In this document: piece by piece, positions 28,546-37,542 of the stretch | How positions within the stretch are numbered: the first letter of the stretch is position 1 | Layout of the letters: each line of letters begins with the position of its first letter | From: Candidatus Micrarchaeota archaeon | GTDB taxonomy: Archaea; Micrarchaeota; Micrarchaeia; Anstonellales; Bilamarchaeaceae | DNA: 64,000 nucleotides | Assembly (NCBI GenBank): GCA_038046805.1 | Contig: JBBSVO010000006.1 | Span: 172,976-236,975 of the forward strand | Direction: 5' to 3' | The notes under the pieces: model-generated | Told to the model about the DNA's origin: nothing | Seen by the model: the letters and a program-made list of their open reading frames with translations, nothing else | Database searches by the model: none | Program-made: the position numbers and the translations under genes

Positions 28546-29364
28546 TTACTGCAAAATCCGTTCTTCTTCTTTATAGTCGTGGTGATGAATCGGCCTTAGC
28601 CTGAGCATTGACGGGTCAATACCATATGTGGCTTCAATTCTATCCCTAATGTTTCTATCCACTCTCGCGAGCAGGAATTGTCTTGCATTCTCGGGCCCGG
28701 AATGCCCGCATAGGCGCATTGCGTCGAAAAGCACCTGTTTTCCAGTTTCGGCTCCAAATTTGTCAAGCACTGCTAGGCATTCAAGATAAAGCATGAAATT
28801 TTCCACACAGCTGAAGGCAACTGCAGTGGCATCACCGATAATCATTCCTGCGGTTCTGTTCAAAACCCAGATTGCATTGGCACGCATTTTATCCAGTCCT
28901 GAGTTATCCGTCCCGACCAGAAATCTTACAGAGTATTTTGCAAGAAGGGAATTTACTAATAATCTCTTTAGAATCTCTGTTTCATTGTATCTTCTGGATA
29001 GCACGTTATCTTCGTACGCATATGCTGCGGATTCTTCCAATGGGTTAGTCCATGCGCCAACAGATGGTATTTTCAATCCTGCAACCATTGCATGAAATTC
29101 CTCATGAACCTTTGTTCCGAAATCACCAGAGCGCCGCACATCCGAATAAACGATTTTTCCATCATAATACACCCCAGCATTTTCGCGCAGGCATGCGAAT
29201 CCGCCATTGCCATTACCCCTTGCCTTTTCCAATTCCCCGATTGCCGTTTTTTTGGCATCTAGTCTGGGCAACCCATTTCCGAATACTGTAACTGAAGCAG
29301 TAATGACGTGCCTGTCGCATACCGTAATATCTGCCATGAACTGTCTTTTCTTTAAAGCGGGCAT
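28546..29364 (-). CDS. Hypothetical protein with HExxH zincin-like motif
   Basis: VHEEFHAM followed by LEESAAY; start moved to ATG 29364. Confidence 0.55.
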   Translation of the reverse strand: MPALKKRQFMADITVCDRHVITASVTVFGNGLPRLDAKKTAIGELEKARGNGNGGFACLRENAGVYYDGKIVYSDVRRSGDFGTKVHEEFHAMVAGLKIPSVGAWTNPLEESAAYAYEDNVLSRRYNETEILKRLLVNSLLAKYSVRFLVGTDNSGLDKMRANAIWVLNRTAGMIIGDATAVAFSCVENFMLYLECLAVLDKFGAETGKQVLFDAMRLCGHSGPENARQFLLARVDRNIRDRIEATYGIDPSMLRLRPIHHHDYKEEERILQ

Positions 29365-29471
29365 GCAGTTTATTGTCTGTAGTATGTTATAAAAAATAAT
29401 CGTACGATGCTGTCGCAGATGTATCGGTATCCTTTTTATTATTTCTCTTTCAAACACCTTCAGGTGATAAT

Positions 29472-29615
29472 ATGCCAAGCTGTTTAAAATGTCAGGATTC
29501 GATGCCAGATACAATGTTTTTCCCGTGTTATCTTGAGCAACAAGGGGGAACCGTATATTATTGTTGGAACTGTTATGGAACAATGCTCAGCACTCACAAG
29601 GCTTTGAAAAAGTGA
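29472..29615 (+). CDS. 47-aa zinc-finger microprotein (not in the ORF track)
   Basis: SD GGTGAT; MPSCLKCQDSMPDTMFFPCYLEQQGGTVYYCWNCYGTMLSTHKALKK, two CxxC motifs. Confidence 0.6.
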   Translation: MPSCLKCQDSMPDTMFFPCYLEQQGGTVYYCWNCYGTMLSTHKALKK

Positions 29616-29625
29616 GTATCAGTAC

Positions 29626-30387
29626 TCATTCAAGCGCATTGTAACTATCCGTCTCAAACGTACAGTTCTTTTCGAGCGCGCCCGCGATTTCCCAGCAAAT
29701 CTTTTCCTTTATCTTCATGTAGCTCTCGCGCCCGACCTCAACATTCCCGATTGCGTAATTCTTATTTTTCACATTAAAACAGAACATTGAATTATGCACA
29801 TTCTCAACATTATGGCAGAACATTGAATTGGAACAATTCCGTGCTAAATCCATCTCCATGCATGCGGAAAGGTTTGAGGTATTGTAGCATTTCATGCAGA
29901 ATTTTGAAGACGCTACACGATAGCAACCAAATAAGGATTCCGAATCTATTGTTGAGAATGAATATGCGGCATTCCTAGTTTTGAAAATGTCAAACGATTT
30001 GTACACGTTGATGCAGTCCAGGTACTCCGTAGTCTCGGATACGTTTATGTTCGTTCCTTCCACGAAATCCGGGACGAATAATGCGTTCTGTTTGAGTTTT
30101 TCCGTTATTGTCGAGAGCGTTTCGTTCGCTCCAATTTCAATTTTTTTGTTTTCCGCTTGCTGCAAATTGTTCCATGAAACCACTTTCCCGCGCGGGATTT
30201 TTCCAAAGAATGCGTAGTTTGGGAGGTATGTGCTTCCAGTCCCGATAACCGAGCGGATGGTTTCGCCATTCGAAATCCGTGCGGAAAACCAATCCTCGAA
30301 TTTGTCAAGTGGCGAGAGTGCGGTTCCGATTATTAATCTTGTAGTAGTTCCGAACGATTTTTCCAGTTCAGGATTTGTGTTTGCCAT
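29626..30387 (-). CDS. Cys-rich repeat protein, homolog of the C-terminal half of 3378..4952
   Basis: CMEMDLARNCSNSMFCHNVENVHNSMFCFNVKNKNYAIGN. Confidence 0.8.
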   Translation of the reverse strand: MANTNPELEKSFGTTTRLIIGTALSPLDKFEDWFSARISNGETIRSVIGTGSTYLPNYAFFGKIPRGKVVSWNNLQQAENKKIEIGANETLSTITEKLKQNALFVPDFVEGTNINVSETTEYLDCINVYKSFDIFKTRNAAYSFSTIDSESLFGCYRVASSKFCMKCYNTSNLSACMEMDLARNCSNSMFCHNVENVHNSMFCFNVKNKNYAIGNVEVGRESYMKIKEKICWEIAGALEKNCTFETDSYNALE

Positions 30388-30396
30388 GATAATGCC

Positions 30397-31140
30397 TCAC
30401 GTATCCGGCCCAGCAATCTCGAACAAGGACGGAAATTTCTTATTCCGTGCGAGTTCATCCGCAATTTCCGCAATAAGTTTAGCTTTCAGTACAAGATACT
30501 TCTCTTTCGGCAATTCATTATTTCCGATTATGTTCCGCTTTGAAGTCTGATTAAATGAAAACAAAGCATCGTGACAGCTTCGGCAATTGAAAGAAAAGAA
30601 AAGGTCAGACGAATTTATGGAAAGATACGCTTCAAGGCATCGCACGGATTTGAATGTCACCTGCGTTCTTATTGCAAACCTTACTTCGCCAACAAGCATG
30701 CATCCATAAACGTTTTCGCATTCCCTTGCTCCGTAGGTATATGCGACGTTTTTCGAACGTATGACCTGGTGCGAAGCCAGTGTAAACGCAGCATCATTGC
30801 ACGCATCGCTTTGCTCAACTTCAACACAATTGCCAATATTACTATTCCCGCAATAGTAAAGCCGCTCGCTTATAGCGGAACGGATTGAATCAATATCCTT
30901 TATGTCGTTCACATTGATGGCAGGAGTCGCCTGCTTATCAATCTCGTCAAGCGAGACAAATCCCGCCTCGCGCGAGTAATATTTTCGTGATAAATACACG
31001 TCCTTTCCCGATATCGCAGACCGCATCAGAAGCGGCTTCTCAACCATTTCTGAAAGATATTCTTGACATTCCGAAAGCTGTCCGATTTCCTTTCCGAGGA
31101 GGATTTTTGCGGTAGAAAAAAATTGCGAATCGAAATCCAT
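30397..31140 (-). CDS. Cys-rich repeat protein, homolog of the N-terminal half of 3378..4952
   Basis: GKEIGQL...LSEMVEKP...SAISGKDV...INVNDIKDIDSI...YYCGN. Confidence 0.8.
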   Translation of the reverse strand: MDFDSQFFSTAKILLGKEIGQLSECQEYLSEMVEKPLLMRSAISGKDVYLSRKYYSREAGFVSLDEIDKQATPAINVNDIKDIDSIRSAISERLYYCGNSNIGNCVEVEQSDACNDAAFTLASHQVIRSKNVAYTYGARECENVYGCMLVGEVRFAIRTQVTFKSVRCLEAYLSINSSDLFFSFNCRSCHDALFSFNQTSKRNIIGNNELPKEKYLVLKAKLIAEIADELARNKKFPSLFEIAGPDT

Positions 31141-31166
31141 CTGGTGCCCCCAACAAACTACACTAC

Positions 31167-31511
31167 TCAAAATATTTTTGTTCCTACAACTGCTTCTTTT
31201 TCAGGCATCAGCAAGGCAGTTCCGTGTTTTTCAGTCCTGGCTCCTAAAACAAGCACTTCTGAAATTGCATTTGCGATCTGTTTTGGAGGAAAATTAATAA
31301 CACAGATAACCCGTCGTCCCATTAATTCCTCTTTTGAGTAATTCGTTGCCTGTGCACATGATTTTTTTATTCCAATCTCAGATCCAAAATCTATCTTTAG
31401 TCTATAGCTTGGTTTTTTTGCTTCTTGAAAATCTTCTATTTCGATTATTTTTCCAACCCTGATTTCTACTTTTTCAAAATCGTTCCAGGTTATCTGTTCT
31501 ATCTTTTCCAT
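31167..31511 (-). CDS. csaA: tRNA-binding OB protein (CsaA/Trbp111)
   Basis: DFEKVEIRVGKI, IDFG.EIGIKKS, NFPPKQIA..ISEVLVLG. Confidence 0.88.
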   Translation of the reverse strand: MEKIEQITWNDFEKVEIRVGKIIEIEDFQEAKKPSYRLKIDFGSEIGIKKSCAQATNYSKEELMGRRVICVINFPPKQIANAISEVLVLGARTEKHGTALLMPEKEAVVGTKIF

Positions 31512-31674
31512 ACTCTATCACGTCCATTTTACTTATTTTAACTTTTCATAAAAAAAATCCTACAAAATTAGAAAGATTTATATACTTTATAGTATTATGT
31601 TGAAATGGAAAGGCAAGGAGCCGAGGTCCTCCCAAAGGAAATTCATCTCCCCCTCGGCGACCTTCCTCCCCAAG

Positions 31675-31765
31675 TTGCGTTTCCAGTTTTGAGTTTCGCG
31701 TCTCGCGTAACGATGCGGGATACAAAACGCTAAACGCAAGACCCAAGACGCTGGGTCCAAGACAA
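31675..31765. repeat. 7-nt-periodic hairpin element
   Basis: gcgtttc cagtttt gagtttc gcgtctc / aaaacgc taaacgc aagaccc aagacgc arms. Confidence 0.7.
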
Positions 31766-31771
31766 TAGTGC

Positions 31772-32782
31772 GTGGCGACCAAGATGCAGAAAGAAGGCGA
31801 AGATGGACCAGTAAAGTTGGATAGGTTGGACTACCAAATCCTCTATGAGTTGGACTGCGACGGGTTCCAATCATTGTCAAAAATCGGAAAGAAGCTGCGC
31901 GCAGGCAGGGACGTGATGCATTACCGCGTAAAACGTCTTGAAGAACTCGGAATAATAAAAAAATACGTTCCGATTATTGATTACGGAAAGATGGGTTACA
32001 CAGCCGGTGCAGTGTATATCAAATTCCATCACGACACTCCCGAGCTTCGGGCGGAAATCATAGAATACTACAAAAACAATAACGATGTCTGGTGGCTTTT
32101 CGACATGACGCCGAACTTTGATATTGCGTTCGGATGGTTTGGCAAGAGTCTCGCGGAACTCACCGACAAACGAATCGAGCTGCTCCGCAAATACAGAAAA
32201 TATTTCCGGGAATTTAAATTCCGCATTTACAACTGCCATCATCATTTCAAAAGGGATTATCTGATGCAGCCGCAAGGCAGGCGGGACGCCCGCACTTTGC
32301 CATCGGTTGTCGTTTCCGCAGGAACCGAAAAAATCACGGACGAAACTGATGATAAAATCCTGAAAATCCTTTCCGAAAACGCGCGGCTCCCATACACGGA
32401 AATCGCAAATAAGCTAGAACTCTCCGCAGCACAAGTTCATTATCGCATCCAGAATCTAAAATCAAAAAAAATCCTGCTGGGTGCAAAACCAATGCTTGAT
32501 TTGCAAAAACTGGGGCACGGGCTTTTCAAACTGGACATTTACCTGGATGATTATTCAATCTACGAAGACCTGAGAAAATTCGTTTTCTCGCTTCCAAATG
32601 CCGTCTATGCTTATGACGTAATAGGAGGCGCAGATATAGAGCTTGATTTTGAAGTCAAAAATTTCCCAGAACTTTCGCAGATTCAGGACATCATCAAATC
32701 AAAATTCGGAAAGTCAATCAGCCATATGGAATATTATCATTTCCCGAAAGAGTATAAGCTGGGCTATTTCCCGGGGATATAA
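31772..32782 (+). CDS. Double-domain Lrp/AsnC transcriptional regulator
   Basis: Two HTH-RAM units (LDRLDYQILYEL...; DETDDKILKILSENARLPYTEIA). Confidence 0.88.
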   Translation: MATKMQKEGEDGPVKLDRLDYQILYELDCDGFQSLSKIGKKLRAGRDVMHYRVKRLEELGIIKKYVPIIDYGKMGYTAGAVYIKFHHDTPELRAEIIEYYKNNNDVWWLFDMTPNFDIAFGWFGKSLAELTDKRIELLRKYRKYFREFKFRIYNCHHHFKRDYLMQPQGRRDARTLPSVVVSAGTEKITDETDDKILKILSENARLPYTEIANKLELSAAQVHYRIQNLKSKKILLGAKPMLDLQKLGHGLFKLDIYLDDYSIYEDLRKFVFSLPNAVYAYDVIGGADIELDFEVKNFPELSQIQDIIKSKFGKSISHMEYYHFPKEYKLGYFPGI

Positions 32783-32809
32783 CTAAATTTTATCCCTACA
32801 ATCTGTGTA

Positions 32810-34576
32810 TCACGCCGGCATTCTCGCACCGTTTCTCCTATCTAGGCCAGAACCTCTTCCGGAATCCATATGTTTTCTTCCCATCGAAGCAGTTTTTGTA
32901 TTACTAATATTGTGCACGATTGTTGCTATCCTTCGAATAGTTGCATTCTCACCGGAAATAAATCCACGCATTTTTTTCCTTACTTCTTCATCCCCGCGTG
33001 CCAACTTTATCATGTGTTCAGTAATAAGACCTTCCAATTCTGGTTTTGCCCCAACATATTCTGCAATCCCATCCATCACATCTCTTTTGCACGGGCCGAG
33101 AAATCCGAATAGTTCCATTGCTATGGAGTGCATTGCCGTATCTGCAATGTTCCCGCCGCCTTCCAGCATCTTGTCAAACAGTTCGCGTACCCCCGGCCTT
33201 CTTTTGAACGAAATTGCGACTGCCATCCTCGTTATCACTAATTCTGCTGTTTTATTCGTAATTTGTTGATTCACAAATTGTGGGTTTGAGACTGAGGCCT
33301 CACTGCTTGCTAGGCATGTTGTTTGGTTACGTTGTTCAAGTGTTCGTATCACTTTTTCGGCAAATGCAACAGCTCTCCATCTTTTTTCCGGGTCGTTTTT
33401 TCCAAGGCGGTATTCTATCCCAGATGTTGCTGCCCTCCAGTGCGGTCCTTCCAATACCTGTGCAGTAATACTGATTAGTGCATCATTAGCTGGCGTATCC
33501 TTGTCTGGTTCAAATCTCTTTGCACATTCCCTTGCTGCGTGAAAAGTTTCTCTAGACCCCATTGTAATCTCTTTTATTGCGTCCTTACATCTCTGGTTAT
33601 ACCCTCTTTTCTGGGCAAGTTCCATTAGGTTGGCCAGGCATTCAACGCCGAAAGTGCTGTTGAATGTAATTTCTATGTACATCTCCTGGCCACGTCGGGA
33701 AATACACTCATCAACAGCCCATATTAATTCGCCAATGTTTTCGGACGCCTTTTTCATGAATTCGGCATCTTCCTTTCTGTTCCTTCCTTTTACAATCCCT
33801 GCCAGAACCGTTTTGACGTGGGGATATGAACGGTCGTCTGCAATCGCATGCTTAATGAATTTCCATATGGGCCAGAATTCCGGAATTCTGGTACCGAGCA
33901 TAACAAGCAGTTCTGCACCGCGTTTCTGTTCCTCTCCATTGGCCAATGAGCGGACCAGAGATTTTATAAAAACAGCGCGCTCGTCAGGTGGAATAGAGCA
34001 CACAATATTAATTGCGGTTTTTGTGAATTGTTCTGTGCATGTTGGTCTGAAAAGCACTGCATTCAGACTGCCACAGATACCGATCGCCATTTTTTTATCT
34101 GCATTTGCAAGTGAAACAAGCGCCCTTTCTGCATCCAACAATGTTTTTCCTTCCACTCTTGCTGCAACCTCAACTGCGTTCACAGCAACTTTTTTAGGAT
34201 AATCTCTAACAAGTCGCACAATGAAACTCTCGCAGAACAATCTTAGCCTGGTCCGTCCGGTTTCATTTGCTCCCCCCTCTTGTAAATGTTCAATGGATTT
34301 TTCAAATATCACTTCGGTCAATGTATCCGGGTCTAATACTCCACTCTTTCTTATCTGCTCTTCCAGTTCAATAAGCTCTCTGAGAAATCCGTCCAAACAG
34401 GTTGCAAATACTTCGGTTTTATCGACTTCAAAATAAACAGGTTTGAGCCATTCGGTCACAGTAGTCGTTATAAGTTTTTTTCCAGAACGTATTTCTGTGA
34501 ATAATCTATATGTAAGTCCGTCAGTAAATATTCTCGCACATATGCGTGCCTGTTCCAGTTCTGCTTCGGTATACAT
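32810..34576 (-). CDS. Large alpha-helical hypothetical protein
   Basis: 588-aa ORF, HEAT-like character. Confidence 0.65.
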   Translation of the reverse strand: MYTEAELEQARICARIFTDGLTYRLFTEIRSGKKLITTTVTEWLKPVYFEVDKTEVFATCLDGFLRELIELEEQIRKSGVLDPDTLTEVIFEKSIEHLQEGGANETGRTRLRLFCESFIVRLVRDYPKKVAVNAVEVAARVEGKTLLDAERALVSLANADKKMAIGICGSLNAVLFRPTCTEQFTKTAINIVCSIPPDERAVFIKSLVRSLANGEEQKRGAELLVMLGTRIPEFWPIWKFIKHAIADDRSYPHVKTVLAGIVKGRNRKEDAEFMKKASENIGELIWAVDECISRRGQEMYIEITFNSTFGVECLANLMELAQKRGYNQRCKDAIKEITMGSRETFHAARECAKRFEPDKDTPANDALISITAQVLEGPHWRAATSGIEYRLGKNDPEKRWRAVAFAEKVIRTLEQRNQTTCLASSEASVSNPQFVNQQITNKTAELVITRMAVAISFKRRPGVRELFDKMLEGGGNIADTAMHSIAMELFGFLGPCKRDVMDGIAEYVGAKPELEGLITEHMIKLARGDEEVRKKMRGFISGENATIRRIATIVHNISNTKTASMGRKHMDSGRGSGLDRRNGARMPA

Positions 34577-34628
34577 ACATCACATTATCTGGTCGGTTGT
34601 ATTTTTATAAGTTTGGTGGGCCGTTTCT

Positions 34629-34667
34629 TTTGTCAATTTCCTCGTTTCGGAGGGTTTTTAAATTGTT
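34629..34667 (+). repeat. 39-bp promoter-like repeat, copy 1
   Basis: 34/39 identical to 35644..35682; contains TTTTTAAAT. Confidence 0.7.
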
Positions 34668-34838
34668 TCTACGAATGTATATTTGTGGCATCTATTATAG
34701 GATGAATTAGCAATATCCCGAGACAAGAATGTTTTCTCGTCTCGATCTATACTGAACCAACGATATAAAACCAAAAATCGTAAATCGGAATTACATACTT
34801 GGTTCAGTATATAAGATGAATTAACAAGGTTGATACAC

Positions 34839-35639
34839 ATGACACTTCAGGCTGGATGTAATGTCCGTAAGTTAGAAGACTGCTCGGTGTTGATTACTAT
34901 GGGCAATGTCCCTGGTGGTTCAGTGCTTGCCGTTACGCTTGAAAAACAGAATCTGAAAGCATTTCTGCATTTTGTTTCCTGCAAACAAATCCGTGCAGCT
35001 GCGAATCTTTTGGCTTCGGTGTATTCCATTTCACCTGGGAACTCTCTGGTTTTTGTAGATATATTTGTGAATTCTGCTGTTGGAAAACAAATGATTTCTG
35101 AATTTAATTCTTCAAGTGCCTTGCCTGCGTCTCAACAAATGCTCGAATCACCGCGCAAACCACATTTGCAATCAGTATCCCTTACCCATGACGGCGGAAT
35201 CCAAATAACTACAAAAAATGGCGGTTTGGATATGAAGCAGGATTTGTTGAATCGCATTTTATCTGCGTATGTACATAACGGGGAGCAAGCTATGACAGAT
35301 GAGCTTGTAAACGGGATGCGAGGGCTAAACAGGGATTTTGCAACAAAATGTGTTCGTGCGTTTCTTGAGTCTGAAGTTGGCAGGGGTCTGGTCCGCAATC
35401 ACAATCCCAAGGACACGCAGACAGGTGGCCAGAAGCCCAGAACAGGAAGGCACTTGGACTTTACCACGTGGACCGTCATATTATTCGCAGCCGCATCTAT
35501 GGGTGTAGGTTCACTAAGCCATTTATCCGAACGCGATGATCGGATTGTAAGAACAAGAGAAATGGTGGCAAGATTTTGCGGAAAAGCAGAACAAGGCGCA
35601 ACTCGCCCGGCGGTCAACACCCGTCGGCTATTTTACTGA
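34839..35639 (+). CDS. Hypothetical protein with internal repeat and C-terminal TM segment
   Basis: FVNSAVGK / FLESEVGR internal similarity; WTVILFAAASMGV. Confidence 0.55.
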   Translation: MTLQAGCNVRKLEDCSVLITMGNVPGGSVLAVTLEKQNLKAFLHFVSCKQIRAAANLLASVYSISPGNSLVFVDIFVNSAVGKQMISEFNSSSALPASQQMLESPRKPHLQSVSLTHDGGIQITTKNGGLDMKQDLLNRILSAYVHNGEQAMTDELVNGMRGLNRDFATKCVRAFLESEVGRGLVRNHNPKDTQTGGQKPRTGRHLDFTTWTVILFAAASMGVGSLSHLSERDDRIVRTREMVARFCGKAEQGATRPAVNTRRLFY

Positions 35640-35643
35640 TTTT

Positions 35644-35682
35644 TTTGGCAAATTCCTCGTTTCAGCAGGTTTTTAAATTGTT
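35644..35682 (+). repeat. 39-bp promoter-like repeat, copy 2
   Basis: TATA-like box about 25 nt upstream of the FHA gene ATG. Confidence 0.7.
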
Positions 35683-35699
35683 GTGGTCAGTATATATAC

Positions 35700-36212
35700 A
35701 TGGCTTTTGTTCTTAGGGTCTTTGATAGGGGTCATTCTATTACAGTATTTACTAAAAGCCCAGATCTAAGTAGTTTTAAGGATTTGGATCCTTCAAAAAG
35801 AAAAATTTTGGAAGATCATACTTTAATGCATTTAAATAGGGATTATGAGATCCCACACAGCAACTTTTCTATTGGCAGGAGTAGTTACAGGCATTCATTG
35901 GGAAAAGGATGCATCCTGCCCAATATTGCACTTGATGATGATGCCGTATCTCGATGGCACGGAACTTTTCATATTAGAGACGGTTCTGTTTTCTACGAGG
36001 ATCACAGCAGCAATGGTACTCTAGTCGATGGGAAGTGGATCGATCATCGCATTGCGCAACTCAAAGTTGGCGCAGTCCTAGAGTTGGGAAGTAGCCTTGG
36101 GAGTAATCCAAGATTTATGCTCATACTTCTCGAATTAAAGCAGGCCTCAGGTTATCTTGATCTTGGTCCGGTAGATCCCCGCTTTATTACTAATCCCGGA
36201 ATGACGGTATAA
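35700..36212 (+). CDS. FHA domain protein
   Basis: IGRS...VSRWHG...DHSSNGTLVDG. Confidence 0.85.
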   Translation: MAFVLRVFDRGHSITVFTKSPDLSSFKDLDPSKRKILEDHTLMHLNRDYEIPHSNFSIGRSSYRHSLGKGCILPNIALDDDAVSRWHGTFHIRDGSVFYEDHSSNGTLVDGKWIDHRIAQLKVGAVLELGSSLGSNPRFMLILLELKQASGYLDLGPVDPRFITNPGMTV

Positions 36213-36324
36213 TCTGGTTTAGTATATCCGCAATCCGAAACGCGGAACAACAAACGCAAAGTCCAAGCCCCTAGACTCTAAATCCCTTTTAAATTCTACG
36301 TCTTCTAATTCATCACTGATATTT

Positions 36325-37248
36325 ATGATGCAAATAACCTTTATCGGAACAGGCGGTTCTGCTCCAACTCCATCACGTGGTTTACCCGCAATAGCGATCC
36401 ATGCAAAGGAACTCATGCTTTTTGACTGCGGCGAGGGAACCCAGCGTCAGATGATGCGATATAAAGTCGGCTATGGTTCAGTGCGTGCAATTTTCATCTC
36501 TCATATGCACCTTGACCATTATCTCGGAATTTTCGGGCTTCTTGAAACACTGAGAATGAATTCTCCCTCACCAAAGCCACTTCACATTTTCGCTCCAGCG
36601 GCATTCTATGAAAAATTTTTGGCAATCAGCGGTTACAAAGCGGCAAACTACAAATTTGTTGAAATACATTCAATTCGCGTCGACGGTTCGAATTCGGAAA
36701 GTAAAATTTACGAAAATGATGAATTCGAAGTCAGTGCGTTTCCGGTAGAGCACGGAATGCGGGATGCGTTTGGTTTCATAATAAAAGAAAAGGACAAGAT
36801 AAAATTCCACGAAGAAAAAGCACACGGACTCGGATTAAAAGGAAAATTATTCCGCACGATTCAGGACAAGGGTGAGGTCACGGTTGGCGGAAAGAAAATC
36901 AGACTCAAGGAGGTTAGTTGGGTAAAAGAAGGCGCAAGGATAGTTTACACTGGAGACACAACCTCCTCAAAATCCGTAGCCTCTGCGGCAAAGGGAGCTG
37001 CCCTTCTTATCCACGACGCTACTTTTTCATCCGAATCCAATGCCTCCGAAACTGAAAAGCGGGAGCATTCCTCTGCAAAGGATGCTGCAGAAATCGCAAA
37101 AAAAGCTGGAGTAACTCAGCTTGTCCTCACGCATATAAGTGCGAGATATTCTGAAAAAGAAGACAAAACCAGGCTTTTGGAAGAAGCAAAAGCGGTTTTT
37201 TCATCAACAATCCTTGCGGAAGACGGTTTGGTAGTTGATGTAAAATAA
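36325..37248 (+). CDS. rnz: Ribonuclease Z
   Basis: GTGGSAPT, DCGEGTQRQ, SHMHLDH, YTGDT, HDATF, LTHISARY. Confidence 0.95.
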   Translation: MMQITFIGTGGSAPTPSRGLPAIAIHAKELMLFDCGEGTQRQMMRYKVGYGSVRAIFISHMHLDHYLGIFGLLETLRMNSPSPKPLHIFAPAAFYEKFLAISGYKAANYKFVEIHSIRVDGSNSESKIYENDEFEVSAFPVEHGMRDAFGFIIKEKDKIKFHEEKAHGLGLKGKLFRTIQDKGEVTVGGKKIRLKEVSWVKEGARIVYTGDTTSSKSVASAAKGAALLIHDATFSSESNASETEKREHSSAKDAAEIAKKAGVTQLVLTHISARYSEKEDKTRLLEEAKAVFSSTILAEDGLVVDVK

Positions 37249-37542
37249 AGAGATTTTATGACGTTATCTTCGTCCATTCACGAAGTCTATCTCCGTTTAG
37301 TGTCGAATCCCATTGGTCTTTTTATAAACCACTGTTTATAATACCACAGAACCTTTTTAAATGTTGTGTTGAACACTCTCTCTAATCCCGTTAGAAGTTA
37401 TTCTCTAGCGGAACCGAGAGGGATCTTTCCTTTCGGGTATGGGGCCTGTGGCGGGAAAAAACCTAGGATCCCGTCGCGAAAAACCGCCGTTAAAAATTTT
37501 AATTCGGCTCCACAAAGGCGGTTAAAAAATTGAGGTGAAAGA

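Noticed and set aside
31610..31675. Minus-strand GGGGAGGAAGGTCGCC / GGAGATGAATTTCC resembling RNase P CR-I or a fluoride riboswitch
   Set aside because: The other conserved elements are missing and gene context does not fit.
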